Positions 1-8,624 of a DNA stretch of 43,757 bases are shown here, piece after piece. This DNA is from an uncultured Candidatus Saccharibacteria bacterium (lineage in GTDB: Bacteria > Patescibacteriota > Minisyncoccia > Minisyncoccales > Staskawiczbacteraceae): contig CAZMKW010000003.1 in NCBI GenBank assembly GCA_964567205.1, positions 1-43,757 on the forward strand, read 5' to 3'. A program made the translations under genes and the position numbers. Each line of letters opens with the position of its first letter. The first letter of the stretch is position 1. The notes beneath the pieces are model-generated. The model had not been told where the DNA came from. It made no database searches and was given only the letters and a program-made list of their open reading frames with translations.

Positions 1-98
1 GCGATATGTCTGAAAAAGAAAAGTTGATAAAAATAGTAACAAACCTTCTAACTTTATAAAAAATAATTAGGTTTGTAGGCCCAAATAAAAATAGAGCC

Positions 99-151
99 AT
101 TAAACGTGACTCAAACGGCTCGTACTAGGCTTTTCCTAGTACGGGCCGTTT
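99..151 (+). repeat. REP-like long hairpin, copy 1 of 3
   Basis: aaacggctcgtactagg-ctttt-cctagtacgggccgttt, preceded by attaaacgtgactc; related copies at 4480-4535 and 42099-42142. Confidence 0.8.
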
Positions 152-238
152 TGTTTATTTTTTAATCGAGGCGCCCTCCCAAAGCTTTTGCATTGTGGCG
201 GGCAGAGTTTTTTGGTAGGGAAGTGGTAGGCTAAGCTG

Positions 239-267
239 TTGACACACCATTATAATTGTGCTATAAT
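239..267 (+). promoter_or_regulatory. Consensus sigma70 promoter
   Basis: TTGACA(239-244)-17 nt-TATAAT(262-267) with extended -10 TG. Confidence 0.85.
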
Positions 268-369
268 TAATATAGTCAGGATGAAGATATTTCCTTATCC
301 CCTTACAACAAAAAACTCCGCAAAAGCGGACGGCAAGGCATGCCGAAACTCTAACGAAAGGAGAATGCC

Positions 370-1077
370 ATGAAAGTTCTGGTTTTTGATGACAACGAGT
401 TGCACAGGAAGGCTGCGGAAATGCTCCTCAAGGGGCACGACGTCAAGGTGGCAGCGACGTACGACGAGGCACAAGAGGCGCTCGCTTCGCACGTGAACGA
501 GGCCAGGGCGAAACTGTTTCTGAAAGAGGCCGGCTATCCCTTCAACTTCGATGCGTGGGGCGCCGACGTCACCGACGAGGCCCGGAAGAAGTACTTCGAG
601 GCCTCAAAGATCGCGTACAAAGCGGCCACTATCCACCCCGATTTCGAGGTGGTAATGACCGACCTTATGGTGCCGGCGTCCCGCAAGACGCAGGGTCCCA
701 AGGGAATGCAGTTCGTGGGGCAAGAGATGCCGCTCGGCGCCATCATCGCGCTTCTCGCTTTGACGAAGGGTGTGAAGATGGTGGCGGTGGTTACTGACGC
801 CAATCACCATGACCACCCGGCCAGCGCGGCATTCGACGCTTTCGGGCGGAACAGGATGGCGCCCATCAGTAATGGCGTCAAGATACTCTGTACCAACAGC
901 GCCATGACTTCGGCGGCCGCGGAGACTTTCAAAAAAATCCCCTACGAGTTTTTCAACACCGTCGAGGGCAAGGCCAAGTATCCGCAGCAACCGGACTATT
1001 CCCACAAGGGGACAGTCCACGTGAAGGACTGGAGTGTCGTTCTCGACGCGCTCCTCGGCAATATCGAGATCGACTAA
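370..1077 (+). CDS. Atypical receiver (CheY-like) domain protein with insertions, GC-rich orphan
   Basis: N-term KVLVFDDNELHR and VVMTDLMVP resemble REC beta1/beta3 motifs; AAGGAG RBS; GC-rich codon usage. Confidence 0.65.
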   Translation: MKVLVFDDNELHRKAAEMLLKGHDVKVAATYDEAQEALASHVNEARAKLFLKEAGYPFNFDAWGADVTDEARKKYFEASKIAYKAATIHPDFEVVMTDLMVPASRKTQGPKGMQFVGQEMPLGAIIALLALTKGVKMVAVVTDANHHDHPASAAFDAFGRNRMAPISNGVKILCTNSAMTSAAAETFKKIPYEFFNTVEGKAKYPQQPDYSHKGTVHVKDWSVVLDALLGNIEID

Positions 1078-1150
1078 CAGGGCCAAGATGTTGGCCATCA
1101 AATGAGTATCGGGCAAAAGCTCGAAAAATCAGGCGATAAAAAAACATCAC

Positions 1151-1182
1151 GAGACCTTCAGATAAAAGCGAAGGTCTCTTTT
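1151..1182 (+). terminator. Intrinsic terminator
   Basis: gagaccttc/gaaggtctc stem followed by tttt. Confidence 0.7.
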
Positions 1183-1255
1183 AATACAAAAATTGATTAA
1201 TTTTTAGCCCAGAGATAACTTCAACGGGTTTTTTATTGCTTGACGGGGAATGACG

Positions 1256-1284
1256 TTGACACAGTTAAAATTTAGTTGTAAATT
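1256..1284 (+). promoter_or_regulatory. sigma70 promoter
   Basis: TTGACA-17 nt-TAAATT upstream of the 1333 ORF. Confidence 0.6.
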
Positions 1285-1332
1285 ATATTATCGTGTAGTT
1301 TTGTTCGGAAGAACCTTCACAAGGAGCACGCC

Positions 1333-2223
1333 ATGAAACGGAATATCATTGCTGGATTGTTGGTTGGCGGGGCTGTTGGGTCGCTCGTTGCGTTCCTGAT
1401 AGCTCCAACGTTTTTCATGCTTGGGTTGCTGGCGGGAATGGCCGCGGGATTTTTGTCCGGGTACTGTGCCCACAACGCTTCGGGCATCATCGGCGCCATG
1501 CCGAAAGCAAGGGAAATGGTTTCCCCTGAATCTGCCCGACTCACTTCGCACCTTAATAAGGTATCCGGCGCATTCGGCTGGATTTGGAGGGGGCTCAAGG
1601 AACGTTATGTTCCAATCAGCATGTTGGTTATCCTTATTGTAACGGTCGAAGCTTTCGTAATGATTATTTTCTTGCACGACATTTATGGCGGCAACCGAAC
1701 GTACAATACCAGTGATTGGATTTTCGTTCATACGCTTGGCGCCATACCGATTGCCGTCGTAATGTTTTTTTTCTTCTTTTTCATACCCCTTGCTACAATG
1801 TACCACTTTGGCAGGGGGTACGCCGCTTGGCTACCAGCCGATGGTCGAAGGGCTCTCTCGTATAAAGACGGCAAGCTATTGAAGCCGAACCTCCGAAATA
1901 CTCTGTTTTTGTGCTTATTGGGTTGGCCGTGCTTGATCATTAGCATAATAAAGTGGGTTGCCATCATAATCTACTCAATGCTGGTTCTGGCCGGAAAATT
2001 CGTCTGGTATCTTTTCAAGCTAATCCATTCCAAGGAGGGCGTTCTCTGTGGAGTTGATAGCGCAGTGGGAACGTTTGTTACATTCCTTCTGTTTCAAGGC
2101 AACGCAAAATCAGTAACGGAACTTGCAGCTGTTACTGCTTGCGGAGCCATAATCAGTTTGGCGCTTGGAGTTATTGATTACGAAATAGTTTCCAAACGCG
2201 TGCTGAAACTTCGTCCGGCCTAA
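1333..2223 (+). CDS. Hypothetical multi-pass membrane protein (orphan)
   Basis: 296 aa, several hydrophobic segments, AAGGAG RBS at 1321. Confidence 0.75.
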   Translation: MKRNIIAGLLVGGAVGSLVAFLIAPTFFMLGLLAGMAAGFLSGYCAHNASGIIGAMPKAREMVSPESARLTSHLNKVSGAFGWIWRGLKERYVPISMLVILIVTVEAFVMIIFLHDIYGGNRTYNTSDWIFVHTLGAIPIAVVMFFFFFFIPLATMYHFGRGYAAWLPADGRRALSYKDGKLLKPNLRNTLFLCLLGWPCLIISIIKWVAIIIYSMLVLAGKFVWYLFKLIHSKEGVLCGVDSAVGTFVTFLLFQGNAKSVTELAAVTACGAIISLALGVIDYEIVSKRVLKLRPA

Positions 2224-2250
2224 GCCTCACGAACGAGGCAGACAAACCAA

Positions 2251-2284
2251 AGCGCCTGCGACATAAAGTCGGGGCGCTCTTTTA
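2251..2284 (+). terminator. Intrinsic terminator
   Basis: agcgcc..cgac/gtcg..ggcgct stem followed by T tract. Confidence 0.65.
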
Positions 2285-2308
2285 TTGCATGATAAAACGG
2301 GGGATTGC

Positions 2309-2353
2309 TTGACGGGGGAATTCTAAAATAGTATACTAATATATATTAGTATA
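2309..2353 (+). promoter_or_regulatory. arsR promoter with overlapping palindromic operator
   Basis: TTGACG-17-TATACT; near-perfect inverted repeat tatactaat-atat-attagtata (2332-2353) over the -10. Confidence 0.7.
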
Positions 2354-2360
2354 GATATAT

Positions 2361-2636
2361 ATGGAAAAGGAAATAAAAAAAATGAATGAGTTTTTGAAAA
2401 TAATTGCCGATAAGAATCGGTTGAAGATTTTGGTTTTTTTGAAAGATTCACCTAAGTGTGTGTGTCAGATTTTTCCGTTTTTAAAAATATCGCAAAAGCT
2501 CGCTTCGCATCATTTGAGTCAATTAAAAAAGCTTGGTTTGGTAAATCAAGAACGCGACGGCAATTTTAATTTTTACAGTTTGAATAAAAAAATTATTAAA
2601 AGTTATATTAAAAATTTAAACTCTTTAATTAAATGA
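2361..2636 (+). CDS. arsR: ArsR/SmtB family transcriptional repressor
   Basis: DKNRLKIL...CVCQI...SQKLASHHLSQLKKLGLV winged HTH. Confidence 0.9.
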   Translation: MEKEIKKMNEFLKIIADKNRLKILVFLKDSPKCVCQIFPFLKISQKLASHHLSQLKKLGLVNQERDGNFNFYSLNKKIIKSYIKNLNSLIK

Positions 2637-2884
2637 ATACAACAATACAGGTTTTGGGGTCAGGATGCCCCACGTGCAAAAAGTTATATGAGTTAACAAA
2701 GGAGGCGGTGGCCGAGCTTGGTCTTGGCGTGGAAGTAGAATATATTACCGATGTGCAAAAGATTGTGCAGATGGGCGTGATGCAGACCCCGGTGGTGGCT
2801 ATAAACGGGAAGCCCGTTGTTGCGGGGTTTGTGCCCGACAAGGAAGAGATTAAAAAAATTATTGAAAAGAGCGTTGTCGAATAA
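2633..2884 (+). CDS. Small thioredoxin-like redox-active disulfide protein (MTH895-type)
   Basis: IQVLGSGCPTC...GVMQTPVVAING; ATGA overlap with arsR. Confidence 0.9.
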   Translation: MNTTIQVLGSGCPTCKKLYELTKEAVAELGLGVEVEYITDVQKIVQMGVMQTPVVAINGKPVVAGFVPDKEEIKKIIEKSVVE

Positions 2885-2887
2885 CAA

Positions 2888-3853
2888 ATGAGTATTTTTT
2901 ACCCTATTCAAATATTGGCAGACTGGATTGCGTATGGCGTGCTTAGTATGGACCGCGGAACGGCGTTAGCTGGGACCGTTGATTTTTTCATTTTTGATAC
3001 AGTAAAGATATTTATTCTTTTAGCGGTTATTATATTTGCTGTTTCTATTGCGCGCACATATATGCCTCCTGAAAAGATAAGGAGGTTGTTGTCGCGCAAG
3101 AATAAATATGTGGGCAACGTATTGGCCTCACTTTTAGGAATTATTACACCTTTTTGCTCTTGCTCGGCAATTCCTTTGTTTTTGGGGTTTGTGCAGGCGG
3201 GAGTACCGTTGGGGGCTACGTTTTCTTTTTTGGTTGCTTCGCCCATGATAAACGAGGTGGCCTTGGTTTTGCTTTTGGGGCTATTTGGCTGGAAGATAGC
3301 GCTTATATATATAGTAAGCGGATTGGTTATTGCTGTTCTTTCGGGGATTATTATAGGAGAGATGAATGTTAAAGATTTGGTTGAGCCGTTTGTTTTTGAA
3401 AATATGGCAAAAGGGGATCAGGAGATTTTAAAAATGACGGGAGCTGAAAGGACAAGTTATGCTAAGGGTTATACATGGGATATTTTAAAAAGGGTTTGGC
3501 TTTATGTTGTAATAGGCGTTGGCGTTGGAGCCTGGATACACGGATATGTGCCCGCCGACTTTTTGGCGCAATACGCGGGGTCGGGTAAATGGTATGCTGT
3601 GCCTTTGGCTGTGTTAATTGGTATTCCATTGTACTCAAACGCCGCCGGGGTTATACCACTGGTAAGCGCGCTAACAGAAAAAGGCGTTGCTATGGGAACA
3701 ACTTTGGCTTTTATGATGTCGGTTACAGCTTTGTCTTTGCCCGAGTTTATGATTTTAAAAAAGGTAATGAAGACCCGCCTTATTTTAATTTTTGCAGGCA
3801 TTGTTGGCGTGGGCATTGTGCTTACAGGCCTTTTATTCAACTGGATTTTATAA
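2888..3853 (+). CDS. ArsP/DUF318 family permease
   Basis: TPFCSCSAIP, GIPLYSN and TALSLPE motifs; arsR operon context. Confidence 0.88.
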   Translation: MSIFYPIQILADWIAYGVLSMDRGTALAGTVDFFIFDTVKIFILLAVIIFAVSIARTYMPPEKIRRLLSRKNKYVGNVLASLLGIITPFCSCSAIPLFLGFVQAGVPLGATFSFLVASPMINEVALVLLLGLFGWKIALIYIVSGLVIAVLSGIIIGEMNVKDLVEPFVFENMAKGDQEILKMTGAERTSYAKGYTWDILKRVWLYVVIGVGVGAWIHGYVPADFLAQYAGSGKWYAVPLAVLIGIPLYSNAAGVIPLVSALTEKGVAMGTTLAFMMSVTALSLPEFMILKKVMKTRLILIFAGIVGVGIVLTGLLFNWIL

Positions 3854-3939
3854 CAACTCTGGCATTTTAGTTTTTATGTATACTTAGGTATGGCTTTGTG
3901 ATAGGATTAAGGCGCATCATTAATTAATTATAAAAACTT

Positions 3940-4458
3940 ATGAATAAAATAATTTTAGTGTTAGTTATAGCTTTGGTTTTAATGGTTGTTGTAGTGGGAT
4001 ATCTTTTGTCGACGGGAAGTTATAGTCCTCCCATTAATAACCAAACTCAAGGAACTCCTAGCGGGCAGCAGGTGCCGTCCGGCAAAGTACTTAATTTAAG
4101 TGGTCGGGGTTTAACAAATATTCCTTCGTATGTTTTTAATCAAACAAGTTTAGAGGAGTTAAACGTTTCAAATAATTTTTTAACGGGAGCAATACAGTCT
4201 CAGATAGGGCAATTAAAGAATTTAAAAATTCTTAACGCAAGCAACAACCAAATGACGGGCGTTCCCGCAGAAGTGGGGCAGTTGCAAAATCTTAGGGTTT
4301 TAGATTTATCTAACAATAAGCTCACCGGCTTGCCTAACGAATTGGGAAACCTGAAGAATTTGGAAACACTTAATTTATCCAGAAATCAATATTCGCAACA
4401 GGATTTAGATGTTATCTTAAAGGGCTTACCGGCTAACGTAAACGTTATTACAAACTAG
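3940..4458 (+). CDS. Membrane-anchored leucine-rich repeat protein
   Basis: N-terminal TM, then LxxLxLSxNxL repeats. Confidence 0.9.
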   Translation: MNKIILVLVIALVLMVVVVGYLLSTGSYSPPINNQTQGTPSGQQVPSGKVLNLSGRGLTNIPSYVFNQTSLEELNVSNNFLTGAIQSQIGQLKNLKILNASNNQMTGVPAEVGQLQNLRVLDLSNNKLTGLPNELGNLKNLETLNLSRNQYSQQDLDVILKGLPANVNVITN

Positions 4459-4479
4459 CAATATTTAATCATCGCGCAA

Positions 4480-4535
4480 ATTAAACGCGACCCAAACGCC
4501 CCGTACTAGGCAAAGCCTAGTACGGGGCGTTTAAT
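4480..4535 (+). repeat. REP-like long hairpin, copy 2 (may act as terminator)
   Basis: aaacgccccgtactaggc-aaa-gcctagtacggggcgttt, perfect 18-bp stem. Confidence 0.8.
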
Positions 4536-4573
4536 TGTCTTTTAATAAATGTATTTTTTTGGTAGAATCCAAA

Positions 4574-4611
4574 TATATCGCTACGCTACGTAAACTTATA
4601 TCGCTACGCTA
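4574..4611 (+). repeat. 15-bp direct repeat in the rhodanese leader
   Basis: tatatcgctacgcta at 4574-4588 and 4597-4611. Confidence 0.75.
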
Positions 4612-4620
4612 ACTAACTCT

Positions 4621-4923
4621 ATGGAAAATGAAATAAATTTAGAAGAAATAATAACTCATGGCGCACTTATAGTTGATGTGCGCACGGCCGGAGAATATAA
4701 AAATGGACACATTGATGGTTCTTTAAATATTCCGTTAAATAAGATTGAAGACGCAATGTCTTGGTTGATAAAAGACGTGCCCGTGGTTGTTGTTTGTGAG
4801 TCGGGGAGCAGAAGCGCAGTTGCTGAAAAAATATTAAAGGCCAACGGATACGAAGAAGTTTATAACGGCGGAAGCTGGGACAGTTTAGGAAATATAAAAG
4901 CAGGAGGTTGTCCAATTAAATAA
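4621..4923 (+). CDS. Rhodanese-like protein
   Basis: IVDVRTAGEY..GHIDGSLNIP and CESGSRS active-site loop. Confidence 0.92.
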   Translation: MENEINLEEIITHGALIVDVRTAGEYKNGHIDGSLNIPLNKIEDAMSWLIKDVPVVVVCESGSRSAVAEKILKANGYEEVYNGGSWDSLGNIKAGGCPIK

Positions 4924-4963
4924 AAATTATTTTAAACACGCCCATAACAAGCGGGCGGTTTTT

Positions 4964-4992
4964 TTGACAATTTTAATATTTTAGTGTATAGT
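4964..4992 (+). promoter_or_regulatory. sigma70 promoter, probably leaderless transcript
   Basis: TTGACA-17-TATAGT; ATG 8 nt after the -10. Confidence 0.7.
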
Positions 4993-5000
4993 CAATATAT

Positions 5001-6299
5001 ATGAATAATCACATAGAAACACCCGTAAAGAATGACCCGCCTGCGCAGGCGGGAACAGAGATAACTTTTGGCGGTCTTGGCATAGCTCCAAAACTTCTTG
5101 ATGCAATCTCAAAATTAGGATTTAAAATTCCAACCTCAATACAGCACAAGGCAATTCCTTCAGCCATTGAGGGTAAAGATGTTATTGGCATAGCCCAGAC
5201 GGGTACCGGTAAAACCTTAGCTTTTGGTATACCTTTGATTCAGCAGATTTTGAAGTCCGGTAATCCTTCGACCGGTTCAGGACGAGCGGGCAAGGGATTA
5301 ATTGTATTGCCGACGCGAGAATTAGCCCTGCAAGTAGATGAAACTATACAAAAAATAGGAAGAGGGTTTGGTATAAAAACAGCAGTTTTAATTGGAGGAG
5401 CTTCTATGTATAACCAAGTGCACTCGATAAGAAGAAACCCGCACATTATAATCGGAACCCCGGGAAGAATTATTGACCATATTGAAAGACGGACCTTAAG
5501 TTTGCATGACGTTACGATTTTAGTTTTAGATGAAGCCGATAGAATGTTTGATATGGGGTTTGCTCCGCAGATTAAAAAAATATTACAAGTGGTTCCCAAA
5601 GAAAGACAAACAATGCTTTTTTCAGCGACAATGCCCGACGGTATCGCAAAAATTGCTAGCTCTCATATGAAGCTTCCTGTTAGAGTAGAAATAGCTAAAT
5701 CCGGAACCACTGCTGAAAATATTGAGCACGAACTTTTTATTGTTGGAAAAGACCAGAAACTTCCGTTATTAAAAAAGCTTCTTGGAGATTATAAAGGAAG
5801 CGTTTTAATTTTTTTAAGGCTAAAGCACAATGCAAGAAAAATTTGTAGCGATTTGCATAACATTGGAATTTCTTCCGCTGAAATACACTCAAACAGATCT
5901 TTGGGGCAAAGAAAAGAGGCGTTGGAAGGATTTAAGCTTGGCAGATATAGGGTACTTGTGGCAACAGATATCGCTTCCCGTGGAATAGACGTAAAAGGCA
6001 TTGAGCTTGTGGTTAATTTCGATCTTCCTGAAAATCCGGAAGATTATGTCCATCGTATTGGAAGAACAGGAAGGGCGGGGATGTCGGGTAAGGCGATATC
6101 TTTGGTTTTACCGGACCAAGGGTCTAAAGTTAGGGAGATTGAAAGACTGACTAGGCTTTATTTGCCCATCTCAAAATTACCGGATTTGCCGGCAAGTCCA
6201 ATTCAGAAGACCAACACCCTCGATGCTTTTAATAAAGATAATTACTCTCAACGTAGAAGGCCTTCAGGCCGTTTTAACCATGGCAGAAGAAGATATTAA
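5001..6299 (+). CDS. DEAD-box RNA helicase (RhlE-like)
   Basis: AQTGTGKT, PTRELA, DEAD, SAT and HRIGRTGR motifs. Confidence 0.97.
   Translation: MNNHIETPVKNDPPAQAGTEITFGGLGIAPKLLDAISKLGFKIPTSIQHKAIPSAIEGKDVIGIAQTGTGKTLAFGIPLIQQILKSGNPSTGSGRAGKGLIVLPTRELALQVDETIQKIGRGFGIKTAVLIGGASMYNQVHSIRRNPHIIIGTPGRIIDHIERRTLSLHDVTILVLDEADRMFDMGFAPQIKKILQVVPKERQTMLFSATMPDGIAKIASSHMKLPVRVEIAKSGTTAENIEHELFIVGKDQKLPLLKKLLGDYKGSVLIFLRLKHNARKICSDLHNIGISSAEIHSNRSLGQRKEALEGFKLGRYRVLVATDIASRGIDVKGIELVVNFDLPENPEDYVHRIGRTGRAGMSGKAISLVLPDQGSKVREIERLTRLYLPISKLPDLPASPIQKTNTLDAFNKDNYSQRRRPSGRFNHGRRRY
5036..5053. repeat. Perfect 18-bp GC palindrome inside CDS
   Basis: cccgcctgcgcaggcggg, encodes PPAQAG. Confidence 0.7.
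5264..5287 (+). repeat. In-frame mini-insertion, PSTGSG-type
   Basis: tccttcgaccggttcaggacgagc; related to 6801-6824. Confidence 0.55.
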
Positions 6300-7608
6300 A
6301 TTTTCCGCCAAGGGCGGACTATCCTCCGGCTGGGATGTTGTCGTTGTAGGCGCTGGTCCTGCGGGAATTATGGCGGCGGGTACGGCAGCAAGGTCCGGGC
6401 TGAAAGTTGCCTTGATAGAAAAAAATGCGGAGCTTGCTAAAAAGTTGCTTCTGACCGGCAACGGAAGATGTAATTTAAGTAATGCAGAATTTTCCTCCAA
6501 AGGCGGACCAGCCTCTGGTTGGAATTTGCGAGAACTCGTGAAAAATTATAATAACGGGGAATTTTTATTTCACGCTTTTTCTGTTTTTGGACCGGAAAAA
6601 ACAATTAAATTTTTTGAAGAGTTGGGATTGAAAACTAAAATTGAAGGCAAGAAAGTTTTTCCAAAAAGCGACAACGCCAAGGAAGTGTTAGAAGCCCTAA
6701 AAAAATATTTAACAAAAAATAAAGTCAATCTGTTTTTTAATTCAAAAGTTAAAGAAATTGTTTGCACCGGTAAAAAAATCAAAAAAATAATTTTAAGCGA
6801 CCTTTCAACGAGTTCGGGGCAGGCTAGAGAAATAGTTGCAAAAAAATATATTCTTTGTGCCGGGGGGAAATCTTATTCTGCAACCGGCTCTGACGGTTCA
6901 GGCTACGATTTAGTAAAAAAATTGGGGCACACCATTGTTAAACCTAAACCCGCTTTGTGTCCGATAATGGTAAAAGAAGACTGGGTCAAAAACTTACAGG
7001 GAACAAGCTTAGATGATGTGGAAATCAGTGTATTTCAAAACGGAAAAAAAGTGGCTCACGAATACGGAGAAATTTTGTTCACGCATTTTGGCCTAAGCGG
7101 GCCTGCTATTTTGAATATCAGCGGGAAGGTGGGGGATTTGTTAGAAAGGGGAGAAGTAAAAATGTATTTTGATTTATTCCCCCTGCTTAACCACGAGGAA
7201 CTTTTAAAAGGGTTTGAAGATGTTTTAAAACAAAATGCTAACAAAACGGTTAAAAATATACTCTCCACATTTGTGCCGGAAAAGTTGGCTGAAATTTTAG
7301 CAGATATCATAAAAGTAGATAAAAATAAAATAGCCAACAATCTGTCAAAAGTTGAGAGGGCAGTTATTGTTAAAATTTTTAAAAATATTGAGATAGCCCC
7401 GGAAAGTGTTTTAGATTTTGATGTCGCTAAGGTTACGAGAGGAGGAATATCTTTAAAAGAAATAGATCATAAAACAATGAAATCTGAATTGATCAGTAAT
7501 TTATTTTTTGCAGGTGAAATTATTGATGTAGACGGCGCTACAGGAGGATTTAATTTGCAGGAGTGTTGGAGCACCGGGTATTTAGCGGGCAAGAGTGTCA
7601 CACTTTAA
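6280..7608 (+). CDS. HI0933/YhiN (BaiN-like) NAD(P)/FAD-dependent flavoprotein
   Basis: GAGPAG, TGNGRCN, LFTHFGLSGP, GEIIDVDGATGGFN; start taken at ATG 6280. Confidence 0.93.
   Translation: MAEEDIKFSAKGGLSSGWDVVVVGAGPAGIMAAGTAARSGLKVALIEKNAELAKKLLLTGNGRCNLSNAEFSSKGGPASGWNLRELVKNYNNGEFLFHAFSVFGPEKTIKFFEELGLKTKIEGKKVFPKSDNAKEVLEALKKYLTKNKVNLFFNSKVKEIVCTGKKIKKIILSDLSTSSGQAREIVAKKYILCAGGKSYSATGSDGSGYDLVKKLGHTIVKPKPALCPIMVKEDWVKNLQGTSLDDVEISVFQNGKKVAHEYGEILFTHFGLSGPAILNISGKVGDLLERGEVKMYFDLFPLLNHEELLKGFEDVLKQNANKTVKNILSTFVPEKLAEILADIIKVDKNKIANNLSKVERAVIVKIFKNIEIAPESVLDFDVAKVTRGGISLKEIDHKTMKSELISNLFFAGEIIDVDGATGGFNLQECWSTGYLAGKSVTL
6304..6333 (+). mobile_element. 30-nt in-frame double-hairpin element, copy 1
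   Basis: TCCGCC AAG GGCGGA CTATCC TCC GGCTGG = SAKGGLSSGW between TTT and GAT. Confidence 0.8.
6493..6522 (+). mobile_element. 30-nt in-frame double-hairpin element, copy 2
   Basis: TCCTCC AAA GGCGGA CCAGCC TCT GGTTGG = SSKGGPASGW between TTT and AAT. Confidence 0.8.
6801..6824 (+). repeat. In-frame mini-insertion, STSSGQ-type
   Basis: cctttcaacgagttcggggcaggc = LSTSSGQA; 15/24 identical to 5264-5287, differences mostly transitions. Confidence 0.55.
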
Positions 7609-7722
7609 TTAGAGAATACAGAGACGGTGCCACATTTTTCTGCTAAGGGACAAATTCGCCCTGGTGGAAATTGAGATGGTTTTCTGATAGAATTATAAAT
7701 TATTATTAAAAATAATAAAGGT

Positions 7723-8457
7723 ATGGTTTTGTTAAATATTTTAATAGCTTGTTTTTTAATAAGTCTCTGCGTTTGGGTGGCTGTCCTATTTTTGTTTTTT
7801 AAGAAAGAAACGCTTTCTAAAATAACAATGTTCTTAGTTTCTCTTTCTGCAGGAGCTTTGATTGGCGGTGCTTTTTTGCATTTATTGCCAGAAGCTTCTG
7901 AAAAAATGGAGCCAGAGAGGTTATTCTTCTTTGTGTTATCCGCTTTTGTCGGTTTCTTTTTGATAGAAAAGTTATTTCACTGGCGACATTGTCATAAAGA
8001 AAATTGTGAAGTTCATTCATTAGGTTATATGAATTTAGTCGGAGACTCTCTGCATAATTTTATAGATGGACTAGTAATCGCTAGCGTCTTTTTGGTAGAT
8101 TCTAAATTAGGAGTGATAACAACGCTTGCTATAGCCTTGCATGAAATACCTCAAGAGATTGGTGATTTCGGAGTTCTTATACACGCAGGATTTAATAAAA
8201 CAAAAGCATTGGTATGGAATTATTTAGTTGCAACCACAGTTATTTTAGGTGGAGTTGCAGGATACCTCGCCGCTTTTTACATTGATGGCGCGATGGCGTA
8301 TCTCTTACCAATAGCCGCCGGCGGATTTATTTATATTGCCGCTTCTGATTTGATGCCGGAAATAAGAAAAGAAAGTGATGTCAAAAAATCAATTATATCT
8401 TTTGGTATATTTTTGGTGGGAATTGTTATAATGTTTGCTGTAAAGTTTTTGGAATAG
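7723..8457 (+). CDS. ZIP family metal transporter
   Basis: HWRHCH loop, DSLHNFIDG, ALHEIPQEIGDF. Confidence 0.95.
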   Translation: MVLLNILIACFLISLCVWVAVLFLFFKKETLSKITMFLVSLSAGALIGGAFLHLLPEASEKMEPERLFFFVLSAFVGFFLIEKLFHWRHCHKENCEVHSLGYMNLVGDSLHNFIDGLVIASVFLVDSKLGVITTLAIALHEIPQEIGDFGVLIHAGFNKTKALVWNYLVATTVILGGVAGYLAAFYIDGAMAYLLPIAAGGFIYIAASDLMPEIRKESDVKKSIISFGIFLVGIVIMFAVKFLE

Positions 8458-8490
8458 CAGATCGTTTATTGCACGTTCCAGTATTGTATT

Positions 8491-8519
8491 AAAAAAGAGG
8501 GAACCGCACCCTCTTTTTT
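8491..8519. terminator. Intrinsic terminator
   Basis: aaaaaagaggg-aaccgca-ccctctttttt. Confidence 0.75.
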
Positions 8520-8528
8520 GTTTGCTTG

Positions 8529-8559
8529 TTGACGTGAGATAGTTATGGGTATATACTCA
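8529..8559 (+). promoter_or_regulatory. sigma70 promoter with near-palindrome over the -10
   Basis: TTGACG-17-TATACT; tgggtat/atactca at 8546-8559. Confidence 0.6.
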
Positions 8560-8624
8560 ATATAGAGGAGTAAATTAAAAGAAAGGTCGTTTCTCTAATA
8601 TTAAAAAAAATAAAATATAAAAAT

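Noticed and set aside
173-205. GC-rich imperfect hairpin gccctccc...gcgggc
   Set aside because: Single degenerate copy; cannot be assigned to a repeat family from this window.
295-1967. Several overlapping or antisense ORFs in the first 2 kb
   Set aside because: Expected shadows of GC-rich genes, with no expression signals.
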